From positions 3,744,001 through 3,808,000 of the forward strand of contig OZ244999.1 in the NCBI GenBank assembly GCA_965223265.1: DNA of 64,000 bases, in the 5' to 3' direction. The position numbers were made by a program, and so were the translations under genes. This DNA is from Planctomycetota bacterium. Its GTDB lineage: Bacteria; Planctomycetota; UBA8108; SXIK01. Under the pieces are notes generated by a model. It was not told where the DNA came from, did no database searches, and worked only from the letters and a program-made list of their open reading frames with translations. Within the stretch, counting starts at the first letter, position 1; every line of letters starts with the position of its first letter. Positions 1-8,282 of this stretch are shown here, one piece after another.

Positions 1-151
1 GTACAACAACAACGGCGACTACGTGACGGGTTGGAGTCTTGAGAATCGCGAACACAGAGAAAACGCTGCCGCCATCGACGACGACGGCAAAGTCTACGCC
101 CTCTTCGGTGGGCAGGAAGAGGTCGGGGTTCAAGTCTTCGAACCGCAGTAG
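1..151 (+). CDS. C-terminal fragment of an NHL-repeat/beta-propeller protein (5' end outside window)
   Basis: Frame 2 is open from the window edge: YNNNGDYVTGWSLENREHRENAAAIDDDGKVYALFGGQEEVGVQVFEPQ*, TAG at 149-151. AIDDDGKVY and VQVF are NHL-type blade motifs. Confidence 0.6.
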   Translation, partial: YNNNGDYVTGWSLENREHRENAAAIDDDGKVYALFGGQEEVGVQVFEPQ

Positions 152-164
152 GCGCCGCCTGATT

Positions 165-2228
165 TCACTGCGACGAGCCCTCGGCTCGCCCTGCCTTAGC
201 GCAGAGGCGGTTCAGCGCCGATGCAGAAAAGATCAGCGGATAAAGCTTCTCGTAGTACCATAGGTTCGCGAAATAAAAACCGATAGGTGTCGGCCGCTCG
301 AGGCAGCCGGATGCAACCGCGCTCAGGAGCCACTCCGCGCCGCGCTCGATCCGTGCACTGTGCCGCCCCAAAGCGCCATCCGACTCCGTGAGTGCGCTGA
401 GGGCCATCGCGGTCTCTTCCACCGACGAAATCATCGGCGCGGGCGCGGGAGCACGCCCACAGGCTGAGGCCGCGACGCCGTCGCCACCCCAGCCTCCATC
501 GCGCTGCTGGACGCCCGCGAGCCAATCGCTCCCACGCTTGACCATCGCCGCGATCGTGCCCGCATCAGCCCAGCCATGACAAGCGCGCTCCCTCGGAGAC
601 CCCGGTGTCACAAGTCGCGCCAGCGCATCGAGAACACGGGACGTTCCGTAGACAGGATTCTCGAATCCCTCGGCAACTTCATTGCCGAACCAAAGCGGCA
701 CCCACGCCCCGTCACCACGCTGCGCCCGTTCGAGGTAGGCGACCAAACGGCGAGCGGCACGGTCGACACGCGCGCCGAGCGCCGGCTCCAACTCGTGGCG
801 CCAAACAGAAAACGCCGCCAGAACGTGCGCCGAGAGATCAGCGCCGCTGCGATCGAACGGCAAGTTTCCCCAGCCGCGGCAAAACGTCGGGATGCCGCCG
901 TCGCGATTCTGCACTCCCAGGAGCCAGTGGACGCCACGCGCAGCAGCCTCGCGCACGCGTGAGTGTTCGCGTGAGTGCTCGCGCGGCAGAGCGTTGAGCG
1001 CGAGAAGCGCCCCGGCGGTGTCGTCCGCGTCGGGCACTCCACCGCTCAGATCCGTCCACGCCCAACCGCCCGGTGGTGACATCGTGTAGAAGTGAACGTC
1101 GCGGTACTGCTGCTCAAGCAGCCAGCTCCGCACCGACGCCGCGTCCAGCGCTTCAATTTGATGCTGTGGCCCCGCAGCCAAAGCGTTCACACTGAGCGTC
1201 GTCACCCACGTTGCCAGGTTGGTGTCAATCGGCCAGCTTCCATCATCCCGCACCGAGGACTCGAGAAACCGGATCGCCGACCTCGTCACCGGATGCTCGC
1301 TCTGGCCGCAGCCCGCCAGGCTCATGGCGACGAACGACGTCAGTGGCACGGCCTCGAGAAAGCCGCCGCTTTCGGGTTGAATCGTCTGCAGTAGCCTGAG
1401 CGTTCGCCGTCGCGTCTTGTTGCGAACCGCGCGTGAGAACGGATTCGACGTCGGCAAATGGTGATGCCGCACTTGTCCGATCGCGATGAGCGCTGGAAGC
1501 GCATAACTCACGACGGGCAAACCGAGAAATCTGAACCACGAGCGAGGCAGCGATGCGAGCTCGAAGGGAAGCTGCTTCACGAGATGCCAAGCTTCCTTCT
1601 CCGAACCGAGCGCACCGGCAAGCGCACAGTGGGTCAGAATCGGAACGGAAAACGTGCGATCTTCGCCATAGGACGAGGTGATCGCCGCTGCCAGCGAGCT
1701 CACATCGTCACCACCCACCGCCGCGTCGATCCACGCTCGTGCCCGATCGATCGCGATGCGCTCTGCGTCGCCCGACTTCCCAGCGCACACGAGCGCGGCC
1801 CAGCATAGGGTCGTTGTGCTCAGGTTGCTCCGACTGCGCACCGTATCTCCCCAACCGCCGTCGTCGTTTGCATGTTCGACGAGCCAAGAGAGGCCTCGCT
1901 CGACGAGTCGTGCGTGCGAAGCAGCACCCGAAGGCACTTCTTCAGGCGTCACCCGCTCGGCGTCAAACATCGTCAGTGCCAGAGACGCAGTGGCAGTTGA
2001 CAGCGCGCTCGTCGAGAGTTCACCACTCCAGTGGGAGTGGTCTTGACGCGCAAGAAGCAGATCGACAACCTCGTCACGTGCTTTTTCTAACCGAGCAATC
2101 AACTGCGGCGAAAAACTAATGTTGGAGGTCACAGGTGTGTCGTCAAGTAGCTGTTTCGTGAACCGAGCGGACCGATTTGCGCCAAAAGGCGAGTGCACAC
2201 GAGGTGAAGAACGTGAAACATCATCCAA
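165..2228 (-). CDS. Squalene-hopene cyclase-like class II terpene cyclase
   Basis: Intact DXDD protonation motif (GGVPDADDTAGA); QW-type repeats (ANDDGGWG, QPESGGF, QNRDGG, QRGDGAW, QQRDGGWG); C-terminal PIGFYFANLWYYEKLYP. Start uncertain (GTG at 2132 possible). Confidence 0.88.
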   Translation of the reverse strand: MDDVSRSSPRVHSPFGANRSARFTKQLLDDTPVTSNISFSPQLIARLEKARDEVVDLLLARQDHSHWSGELSTSALSTATASLALTMFDAERVTPEEVPSGAASHARLVERGLSWLVEHANDDGGWGDTVRSRSNLSTTTLCWAALVCAGKSGDAERIAIDRARAWIDAAVGGDDVSSLAAAITSSYGEDRTFSVPILTHCALAGALGSEKEAWHLVKQLPFELASLPRSWFRFLGLPVVSYALPALIAIGQVRHHHLPTSNPFSRAVRNKTRRRTLRLLQTIQPESGGFLEAVPLTSFVAMSLAGCGQSEHPVTRSAIRFLESSVRDDGSWPIDTNLATWVTTLSVNALAAGPQHQIEALDAASVRSWLLEQQYRDVHFYTMSPPGGWAWTDLSGGVPDADDTAGALLALNALPREHSREHSRVREAAARGVHWLLGVQNRDGGIPTFCRGWGNLPFDRSGADLSAHVLAAFSVWRHELEPALGARVDRAARRLVAYLERAQRGDGAWVPLWFGNEVAEGFENPVYGTSRVLDALARLVTPGSPRERACHGWADAGTIAAMVKRGSDWLAGVQQRDGGWGGDGVAASACGRAPAPAPMISSVEETAMALSALTESDGALGRHSARIERGAEWLLSAVASGCLERPTPIGFYFANLWYYEKLYPLIFSASALNRLCAKAGRAEGSSQ

Positions 2229-2270
2229 CAGCTCGCTGACTGGCCAGCCTGAAGTTGTGGGCGAGAGGCA

Positions 2271-3230
2271 TCACTCGACGAGCGCCAAATGACCCAAGGC
2301 GAGGAGACCGTAGTACGTGTATTCGCAATCTAGGACATCGTCAGCCCAATGGCCGAGAAAGCCGCCACGGTTTGTCCACAATGAGTCGACGAAGTCGAGA
2401 CACGGCTCTCTGAGGTGGTCGAACGATCGCTGCTGGCCGGCAAGAGCGTGCAGCGCCGTTGCCGTCGACAAGAGATCAGGTAACGGTGTCGCCGGCGCGG
2501 CGCGAAAGCCGCCCTCCACATAGCACGCGTCCAGGAGCCACTTGCCGACGTCGTGCTCCAGAGTGAACTCGAGGTGCCGAGCGATCGTCGCGGCGGCGGC
2601 GGCGGCCGGCGTCGTGCCGCTGAGCGCTGCTGGCTGATTGCCGTACGATCCGTCCGCGGTTTCCATCGCCTGCACAGTCGCGGCAGCGCGTTCTCTGTCG
2701 AGGAGCCCAGGAGCGGAGTCAAAGGGTGCGTCCTGTTCGATCCCAAGCATCAAAAACACATCGTAAACGGTTTCGAACTCGCGCTCGGTTTCGAAACGAG
2801 GACTCGGAGCGGCGCCGGAGCCTGACGCCGTGGTGGCATCACGCTCGGACGGCTCTCCTTCAGCGCCGCCGCGACGCAGCCGACGCGCGTGATCACGAAG
2901 GCGTAGACACTTGTCGGCCTCGAGCGACGCGTCCGGAAGACTCGCCCAAGCACGCGCCAGGCACGCCAGGTGGACGAGATCGAGTCCCTCTCCGTCGCCG
3001 AACTCCTGCAGGTACGCAGCGATCTGCTTGCTCGGAATGTCTGCCTGAAGCGCCAGAAGACACTCGATGCCGAAAACCGTGTAGTAAAGATCGGCCTTCT
3101 CTTCCCGATCCGCGAAACCACCCTCGGGGAGCAGACGGCTCAGGACAAAGTCGCGAACGAGTTCGCTCGAGTCATGCAGAAGCCGTGGCGCCAGCCTGGC
3201 TACCTGCAGCATTTCGAGCCTCAAACTCAT
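2271..3230 (-). CDS. Prenyltransferase/squalene-oxidase repeat protein (protein prenyltransferase beta-subunit-like alpha/alpha barrel)
   Basis: Repeated GGF/DGSY turns (EGGFAD..DLYYTVFG, EGGFRA..DLLSTATAL, RGGFLG..DCEYTYYGLLALG). Overlaps the upstream gene by 59 bp. Confidence 0.78.
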   Translation of the reverse strand: MSLRLEMLQVARLAPRLLHDSSELVRDFVLSRLLPEGGFADREEKADLYYTVFGIECLLALQADIPSKQIAAYLQEFGDGEGLDLVHLACLARAWASLPDASLEADKCLRLRDHARRLRRGGAEGEPSERDATTASGSGAAPSPRFETEREFETVYDVFLMLGIEQDAPFDSAPGLLDRERAAATVQAMETADGSYGNQPAALSGTTPAAAAAATIARHLEFTLEHDVGKWLLDACYVEGGFRAAPATPLPDLLSTATALHALAGQQRSFDHLREPCLDFVDSLWTNRGGFLGHWADDVLDCEYTYYGLLALGHLALVE

Positions 3231-4890
3231 TGCACCAACCTTTGATCTCGAGGTCGCCGAACACCTTGCCGAGGACGCGCCGCAGAAGCCCTTTCACGCT
3301 GGCATGCTCCACCCCCCAAAGTGTGCGTGTCGCTTCGTCCTTGTACGCCTCGAAGAGCTCTCGGCAACGCTCCTCGACGCCCAAGCGTGCCATCCTCTCA
3401 AGGATCTCCTGTGCATCAACACGATCGATCTCGCGTCGCCACAGCTTGCCGAAAAACTCACGATCTCGGCCTTTGGCACGGTCGTACGCCACCGCCAACG
3501 GCAACGTCGGCCGCAGCGCGACAAGATCGCTCGCTTCACTCGTGTCCGCAAGATCGTTCAGGTCATCCTGGATCTGATAAGCGATGCCCAGCGCGCGACT
3601 GAAATCCTCAATCGATGCGTCAAGACCCGTCTGGCCAGCAAGAACAGCGCCGAGCTTGAGCGCCACCTCGAAAGCTGGCGCTGTTTTCTCACGGAAAATA
3701 TTGACAACTTCGAGGGGAGCGAGCGGTCGCGGATCACGCGCCCAACAGAGCTCCGCCCCTTGGCCGCGGCAGAGCGTTCGATGTCCCACGGAGGCGACGC
3801 GTACGAGCTCCGCTATGGTCGCTCCGTCGGCTCCCGTGAGTGCGAGTTGACGGTAGCCCTCGCCGATCAAAAAGTCGCCAACATTAAGCGCCACAGCGAC
3901 CCCATACTCTGCGTGGAGGGTCTGCTCGCCGTAGCGGAGTGCATCCTCGTCCTCGATGTCGTCGTGAATCAGACTCGCCTTGTGAAAACACTCCACCGCG
4001 ATCGACACCCGCTTGAGGGCCTCGGAAGGCTCAGCTTGTGAATCGTCGTGCAGCGCCTGAAACACCGCTGCGGTGAGAAAGGGGCGCCATCGTTTGCCGC
4101 TGCGCGCCAGCCACTCGAGGGCGATCGATTCCGTCTCCCCTGCAGGTGCACCGAGATGCTTCTCTATAGTTTCAGAGTCGAACCAGCCACGCACTTCGTC
4201 GCGTAGTGCTGTCAGGTTGAGGCGTCGCGTCTTGTCTTCGCTGGTCAACTGAATCACGTCCCAGATCCACTCGAGATCCACGGATGTATCCACGCAGTCG
4301 TCTTGCAGTAGCGGAATGGCGACACCAGGAATTGCCGCAGCCTCCATGAAAGGAAAAGCACGCTCGAGAACACTGAGGCAACTGACGCCGACGATCGCAT
4401 CGATCTTACCCGTCTCGATGATCGCCATAACGATCGGCGAGCCCTCCGCCACCAAGACGGCGTAGCCAAGTCTCTCAGCTTCCGTCTGCAAGTCCTGAAT
4501 CGAACACATGCCGCACTTCTTGCACAGAAGGCCGAACTCGTCAAACGGCGCCGGGCAGTGCGCCTCGACGCGAAGACACTTGGGCAGCAGAAGCAGCCGT
4601 CGCTCGTACGGAATTGAAGCGAGGGTTTCGCGCCAGAGCTCGTTATTGATGAGTACAGCAGCGAAATCGAGGAACTTCGCGTCAACGTTTTCGACGGCGA
4701 CAAACTCTTGAGCCGCCTCCCTCAGGCCGGTCATCGGAATCGGCGGGACCAGTTCGCGACGCGCGACAAAAGACGCGACTTTGCGACGGACCCACTCCCG
4801 CTGCTCACGCGTGGCGGGAATGTTTTCTTGAGGCGCACGAGTGGGCGGCTGTGCAGCAAGAGTCGGCAGGATCTTGAGCGGGCTCGACAA
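3172..4890 (-). CDS. DUF116 (Cys-rich) domain fused to a trans-polyprenyl diphosphate synthase
   Basis: GKRWRP, FARM (HKASLIHDDIED..RYG), GQ, KTA and SARM (YQIQDDLND). N-terminal LLLLPKCLR..C..CKKCGMC..IVGVSC..C pattern of DUF116. TTG start at 4890 has a GGAGA SD (ORF track start 4911). Confidence 0.85.
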   Translation of the reverse strand: MSSPLKILPTLAAQPPTRAPQENIPATREQREWVRRKVASFVARRELVPPIPMTGLREAAQEFVAVENVDAKFLDFAAVLINNELWRETLASIPYERRLLLLPKCLRVEAHCPAPFDEFGLLCKKCGMCSIQDLQTEAERLGYAVLVAEGSPIVMAIIETGKIDAIVGVSCLSVLERAFPFMEAAAIPGVAIPLLQDDCVDTSVDLEWIWDVIQLTSEDKTRRLNLTALRDEVRGWFDSETIEKHLGAPAGETESIALEWLARSGKRWRPFLTAAVFQALHDDSQAEPSEALKRVSIAVECFHKASLIHDDIEDEDALRYGEQTLHAEYGVAVALNVGDFLIGEGYRQLALTGADGATIAELVRVASVGHRTLCRGQGAELCWARDPRPLAPLEVVNIFREKTAPAFEVALKLGAVLAGQTGLDASIEDFSRALGIAYQIQDDLNDLADTSEASDLVALRPTLPLAVAYDRAKGRDREFFGKLWRREIDRVDAQEILERMARLGVEERCRELFEAYKDEATRTLWGVEHASVKGLLRRVLGKVFGDLEIKGWCNEFEARNAAGSQAGATASA

Positions 4891-5105
4891 CGTGTTTCTC
4901 CAGTTCGACAATCAGTCCCGTCGCCGCGGCGCCATGAACCAGTTCATGACAGGTTCTGAAGACGCCATCGAGCAGCCACACGCGTAAAATCGGGCGACCG
5001 ACTCAGGACATGGCATAAAGGAAGTATTGTAATCAAAGAGATGAGAGGCGGGAACGATTTTTCGTCTCGTGCGGCCCACATGTGCGACCTCGAGAGCGCA
5101 CCCGC

Positions 5106-5978
5106 TCAGTCGGTCGTACCCGGCGGAGGCATTTCGCCCGCGCTTCTCTCCGCCGCGGCCTCCGCCTTCTGCTTGATTTGATCAAGCGACGGCAGCGACA
5201 TCAGAACTTCCTGCGGGATGTCGAGATCGCCCTGGAGTTTCTTAAGACAGCGCATGCGCTCCTTGAGCGCCTTCGTCTCGTCGCGCTCTTTGCTGAAGCG
5301 GGATGCAGCGCGCTCGTGGCGTTCGCGCAGCATGCTGTAGATGTCACCGCCGAGAAGAGCTGACACGTCGACCTTCATCTTCTCGCGCTCGACATCGGCT
5401 TCCTTCACCTCGTCGCCGTTGATCGGCCCGGCGTTGTACTTCGGGAAAAGGATCGCCACCTCAGGGCAGACGCGAGAACATGCCGGACAGTTGGTCTTAC
5501 ACTTGTCAGGGTTGCGCACCTCGATTTCGCTGTCTGCATCAACGCCGTAGACGTCGAAGAGACAAAAACTGAGGCACTGCATGCAGTTCGTGCAGCGCTG
5601 ATAATCGATCACGGGAAACCACGGCTTCCACTCGCCTGGGACGTAGGCGCCAAGCTCCGCTCGAGTCTGTTCGACAGCTGCCACGATCGCTTCCGGCGCT
5701 AGACCGCGGATCTCTAGGACACGCACATCGACATTCGCCCCAGCGGCAGTCTCGCCGACAAGCTTGCCCGGCGCTGCGTCTGACACTCCCTCGCCGAGCA
5801 GCACCAGATGACTCGCATCGGCTGCGGCAACCTGTCCGGTGCCGCGTGTCGACGTCACCGAAAACCCTGCCACGAGGAGCGCTTCAATCACTTCAGCGCG
5901 GCGAGCGTCGTCGAGCTCCTGCCCCTCAGTTCCTTCTTGAAGTAGCAACCGAAGAGGCGCACTTGTCGCTGTGCTCAT
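5106..5978 (-). CDS. 2x[4Fe-4S] ferredoxin-domain protein
   Basis: CTNCMQCLSFC and CKTNCPACSRVCP motifs. ATG at 5978 has a GGAG SD and an ATGA overlap with the upstream stop, so the ORF-track extension to 6182 is spurious. Confidence 0.85.
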   Translation of the reverse strand: MSTATSAPLRLLLQEGTEGQELDDARRAEVIEALLVAGFSVTSTRGTGQVAAADASHLVLLGEGVSDAAPGKLVGETAAGANVDVRVLEIRGLAPEAIVAAVEQTRAELGAYVPGEWKPWFPVIDYQRCTNCMQCLSFCLFDVYGVDADSEIEVRNPDKCKTNCPACSRVCPEVAILFPKYNAGPINGDEVKEADVEREKMKVDVSALLGGDIYSMLRERHERAASRFSKERDETKALKERMRCLKKLQGDLDIPQEVLMSLPSLDQIKQKAEAAAERSAGEMPPPGTTD

Positions 5979-6403
5979 GGGGTCTCCTGATCTTCCGTCG
6001 ACGCGGCCGCTCCTGAGGTGGCTCCGGACGTGGCGTCTGAGTTGCCTGCTACCGTGCCGCCACTCGCCGTCGCGCGCGCCTCGCCCAGCAAACCCGCGAC
6101 GACGTCGCTCGCATCGCTCGTCCGCATATTCTCGATGCAGACGTCGCTCGCGAGGGGCGCACCCGCGGCTTTGAAAAGCCATTTGACCGAACGCGGAAAA
6201 CAGGCCGCGATCCGCACCTCCTGGTCTCCCTCGGCGAGTCGGCGTAGCGATGGATCTCGACGGGCGGACAGTTCACAGAGGTCAGGCACAGCGTCGAACG
6301 CTCGCCCCGAAGCGGCAAGGCGAGCCAAGACCTCGCGTTTGACGGACTCTGGAATAATCTTGGCGTAAGCGCAGTGGCAGTAAAGAATCCGGTGTGAAGC
6401 CAT
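5975..6403 (-). CDS. Small Cys-rich protein resembling the HdrA N-terminal Fe-S domain
   Basis: RILYCHC...DLC...IAACFPR...ENMR matches the CHC / C / AACxPR / NIR pattern of HdrA N-termini. Translationally coupled to the ferredoxin gene. Confidence 0.7.
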   Translation of the reverse strand: MASHRILYCHCAYAKIIPESVKREVLARLAASGRAFDAVPDLCELSARRDPSLRRLAEGDQEVRIAACFPRSVKWLFKAAGAPLASDVCIENMRTSDASDVVAGLLGEARATASGGTVAGNSDATSGATSGAAASTEDQETP

Positions 6404-6498
6404 ACGGTGTCAAGGGTGCTTTCGTAGCGCCGATCGCGAGGTGCGAAGCAAGGTATGTGTAGACCGTTTGTATACAGTCACACGACGGGATGCAACGT

Positions 6499-7611
6499 TT
6501 ATGCGGCGTCCGTGTCGCGGTGCGTCGGCTCCGGACGGCCAGGACGAAAACACTCTACGTGGTCAACTTCGATTGAAACGGCACCACCCAGGTGATCGGA
6601 GTGAATGGCGCTTTCGAAGGCGGAGCGCAGGGCCTCGGGCGGAGCTTCGGCGCGCAGGTTGACGACCAGTTCAGCACTGGTCATCAGATCGGAAAGGCGC
6701 TGCCCAAACTCCGGTGTCCCGTCATCCCGCACCAGGTTGATCAACGCGATCTCCCCAAGCACGCTCTCCGGCGACAGCGTCATCTTGAGATGCGCGATGT
6801 CGTGAACAGTTCCCGACAGCGACGATTGAAACTGCCGCATCAGGCTCTCCAAAAAGACGTTGCCATCGATTGGATTCACCGCCTCAATCGCGACTGTCGC
6901 ATTGAGCCAGCCAAGTTTCGACTCGCCTTCGGCGTACACATCGTAGTCAACAGACATCGTGCGGGCATGCCCCATCTCGCGCGCCAACACCCAATCGAAC
7001 CAAGCGTCAAGACCCGCGCCGCTCTTCGCCGAAACCTCGAACAGCACCTTGCTTCCATAACGACGCTCGAGTTCGGCCATCAGCGCTTGCCGATCCGCCG
7101 CCTCTAGCGTGTCGATTTTGTTGACAACAATCGCCTCAGCTTCCTCCAGCTGCTTGAGGTAGATGTACTCCACCTTCTCGGAGAATCGCCGCCCCTCGAC
7201 AAGACCCAACATGCGTCGGGCGCGCGTCGGGTCGACGAGCACGCTGAGAGGAGCGATGCGGAAGCTCTCTCCGTACATCCTACGTAGAGGATAGGTGACC
7301 GAAGCGACCAGGTCCGTGCAACTACCGACGGGCTCAGCGAGAAACGCCTGCGGTCGTGCCTCCGCGGTCAACCGCTCGGCTGCTTCAACGAGAGATCGAA
7401 AACGACAACAAAAGCAGCCGCCTGGAATCTCTGCGACGCGATATCCCTGCTGCCGAAGCGTCTCTGTGTCGACGAGACCGGCCCCCTGGTCGTTGGTGAT
7501 GAGCCCGACCCTGTCGCCGCGGGCGGTCAGGCGGCGCGCCAAGCGGCCGATCGCGGTGGACTTCCCGGCGCCAAGGAACCCGCCGATCATGATGTAGAGA
7601 GCTTTGGTCAT
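6499..7611 (-). CDS. COG0523/CobW-type G3E GTPase (putative metallochaperone)
   Basis: Walker A GGFLGAGKST, CxCC metal motif GGCFCC, AEPVG, NKID. ATG at 7611 with ATGA overlap to the gcvH-like gene. Confidence 0.88.
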   Translation of the reverse strand: MTKALYIMIGGFLGAGKSTAIGRLARRLTARGDRVGLITNDQGAGLVDTETLRQQGYRVAEIPGGCFCCRFRSLVEAAERLTAEARPQAFLAEPVGSCTDLVASVTYPLRRMYGESFRIAPLSVLVDPTRARRMLGLVEGRRFSEKVEYIYLKQLEEAEAIVVNKIDTLEAADRQALMAELERRYGSKVLFEVSAKSGAGLDAWFDWVLAREMGHARTMSVDYDVYAEGESKLGWLNATVAIEAVNPIDGNVFLESLMRQFQSSLSGTVHDIAHLKMTLSPESVLGEIALINLVRDDGTPEFGQRLSDLMTSAELVVNLRAEAPPEALRSAFESAIHSDHLGGAVSIEVDHVECFRPGRPEPTHRDTDAA

Positions 7612-8177
7612 GCGCTTCCTGAATCTTCGCTTGAGTTGAGATCGCCGGACTTCCACGGCTGCTCGAGCATCTTATCGATCGTCCGATTGAGGTGCTCGAT
7701 ATAACCGTCCACGTCGACAACCGCAGGGTCGGGCCTCCCCGAGATCTCGTACAACCAACCGTCGCCGTACGGGTCGCGGCAGATCGACTCGAAATCCGCG
7801 GGCGTCTGTGTGTTGGCGCCGAGAAAGCTCCCGTCGCCGACGCAATAGATGTCCGAAACCGCCTTGAAACCTTCGATCCAGCCGATCGTGTTGCCGGCAG
7901 ATACCGCGCCGCCCGGCGCGACTTCCAACTCGAACTCGACGATCTCGCCAAGCATGCGCGTTGCGAATGAGGTCAGTCCGATCCGCCACGTGCCTGGCGT
8001 TCGCTCAGACAGCCAGTAATGAGATAAGCTGTACGTATAAGCTCGCGGCAGCCGCGTGGAAAAGTGGTTGCGCTTGAACCGCACGAGCTCCTGCGAGCCG
8101 TCGCCTCCTGAACGTTCTGTCAATCCGCACTCCAAGTCGCTTTTCATGCCAGCGTCGTCGATGGCGCCATCCGCCAT
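7608..8177 (-). CDS. gcvH: Glycine cleavage H-like lipoyl-carrier protein (orphan)
   Basis: YSLSHYWL..RIGLTSFA..LGEIV, IEGFKAVSDIY (lipoyl Lys retained), DPYGDGWLY. No gcvT/gcvP/lpdA in the window. Start uncertain. Confidence 0.8.
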   Translation of the reverse strand: MADGAIDDAGMKSDLECGLTERSGGDGSQELVRFKRNHFSTRLPRAYTYSLSHYWLSERTPGTWRIGLTSFATRMLGEIVEFELEVAPGGAVSAGNTIGWIEGFKAVSDIYCVGDGSFLGANTQTPADFESICRDPYGDGWLYEISGRPDPAVVDVDGYIEHLNRTIDKMLEQPWKSGDLNSSEDSGSA

Positions 8178-8202
8178 GTCGTCAAAGCGAAGGCCATCTC
8201 CT

Positions 8203-8232
8203 CTTATAGTTACTCAAAGCAAACTCGGTCAA
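8203..8232 (-). promoter_or_regulatory. Possible internal sigma70-type promoter for gcvH-GTPase genes
   Basis: Minus strand TTGACC (8232-8227), 18-nt spacer, TATAAG (8208-8203) in the intergenic gap. Confidence 0.3.
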
Positions 8233-8282
8233 GGAAAAGGGCACGTGTGGCCCGCGTGGTCGTCACGGCAGCACGAGTCGCG

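Noticed and set aside
165-4890. Standard hopanoid (hpn) cluster
   Set aside because: No hpnC/D/E, hpnG or hpnH is recognisable nearby, although they could be elsewhere in the genome.
5979-6182. Arg-rich N-terminal extension of the ferredoxin ORF
   Set aside because: It overlaps the real upstream gene in another frame; the SD and ATGA coupling support a start at 5978.
7608-8177. A glycine cleavage system locus
   Set aside because: No T, P or L protein genes are in the window; the H-like gene is coupled to a GTPase instead.
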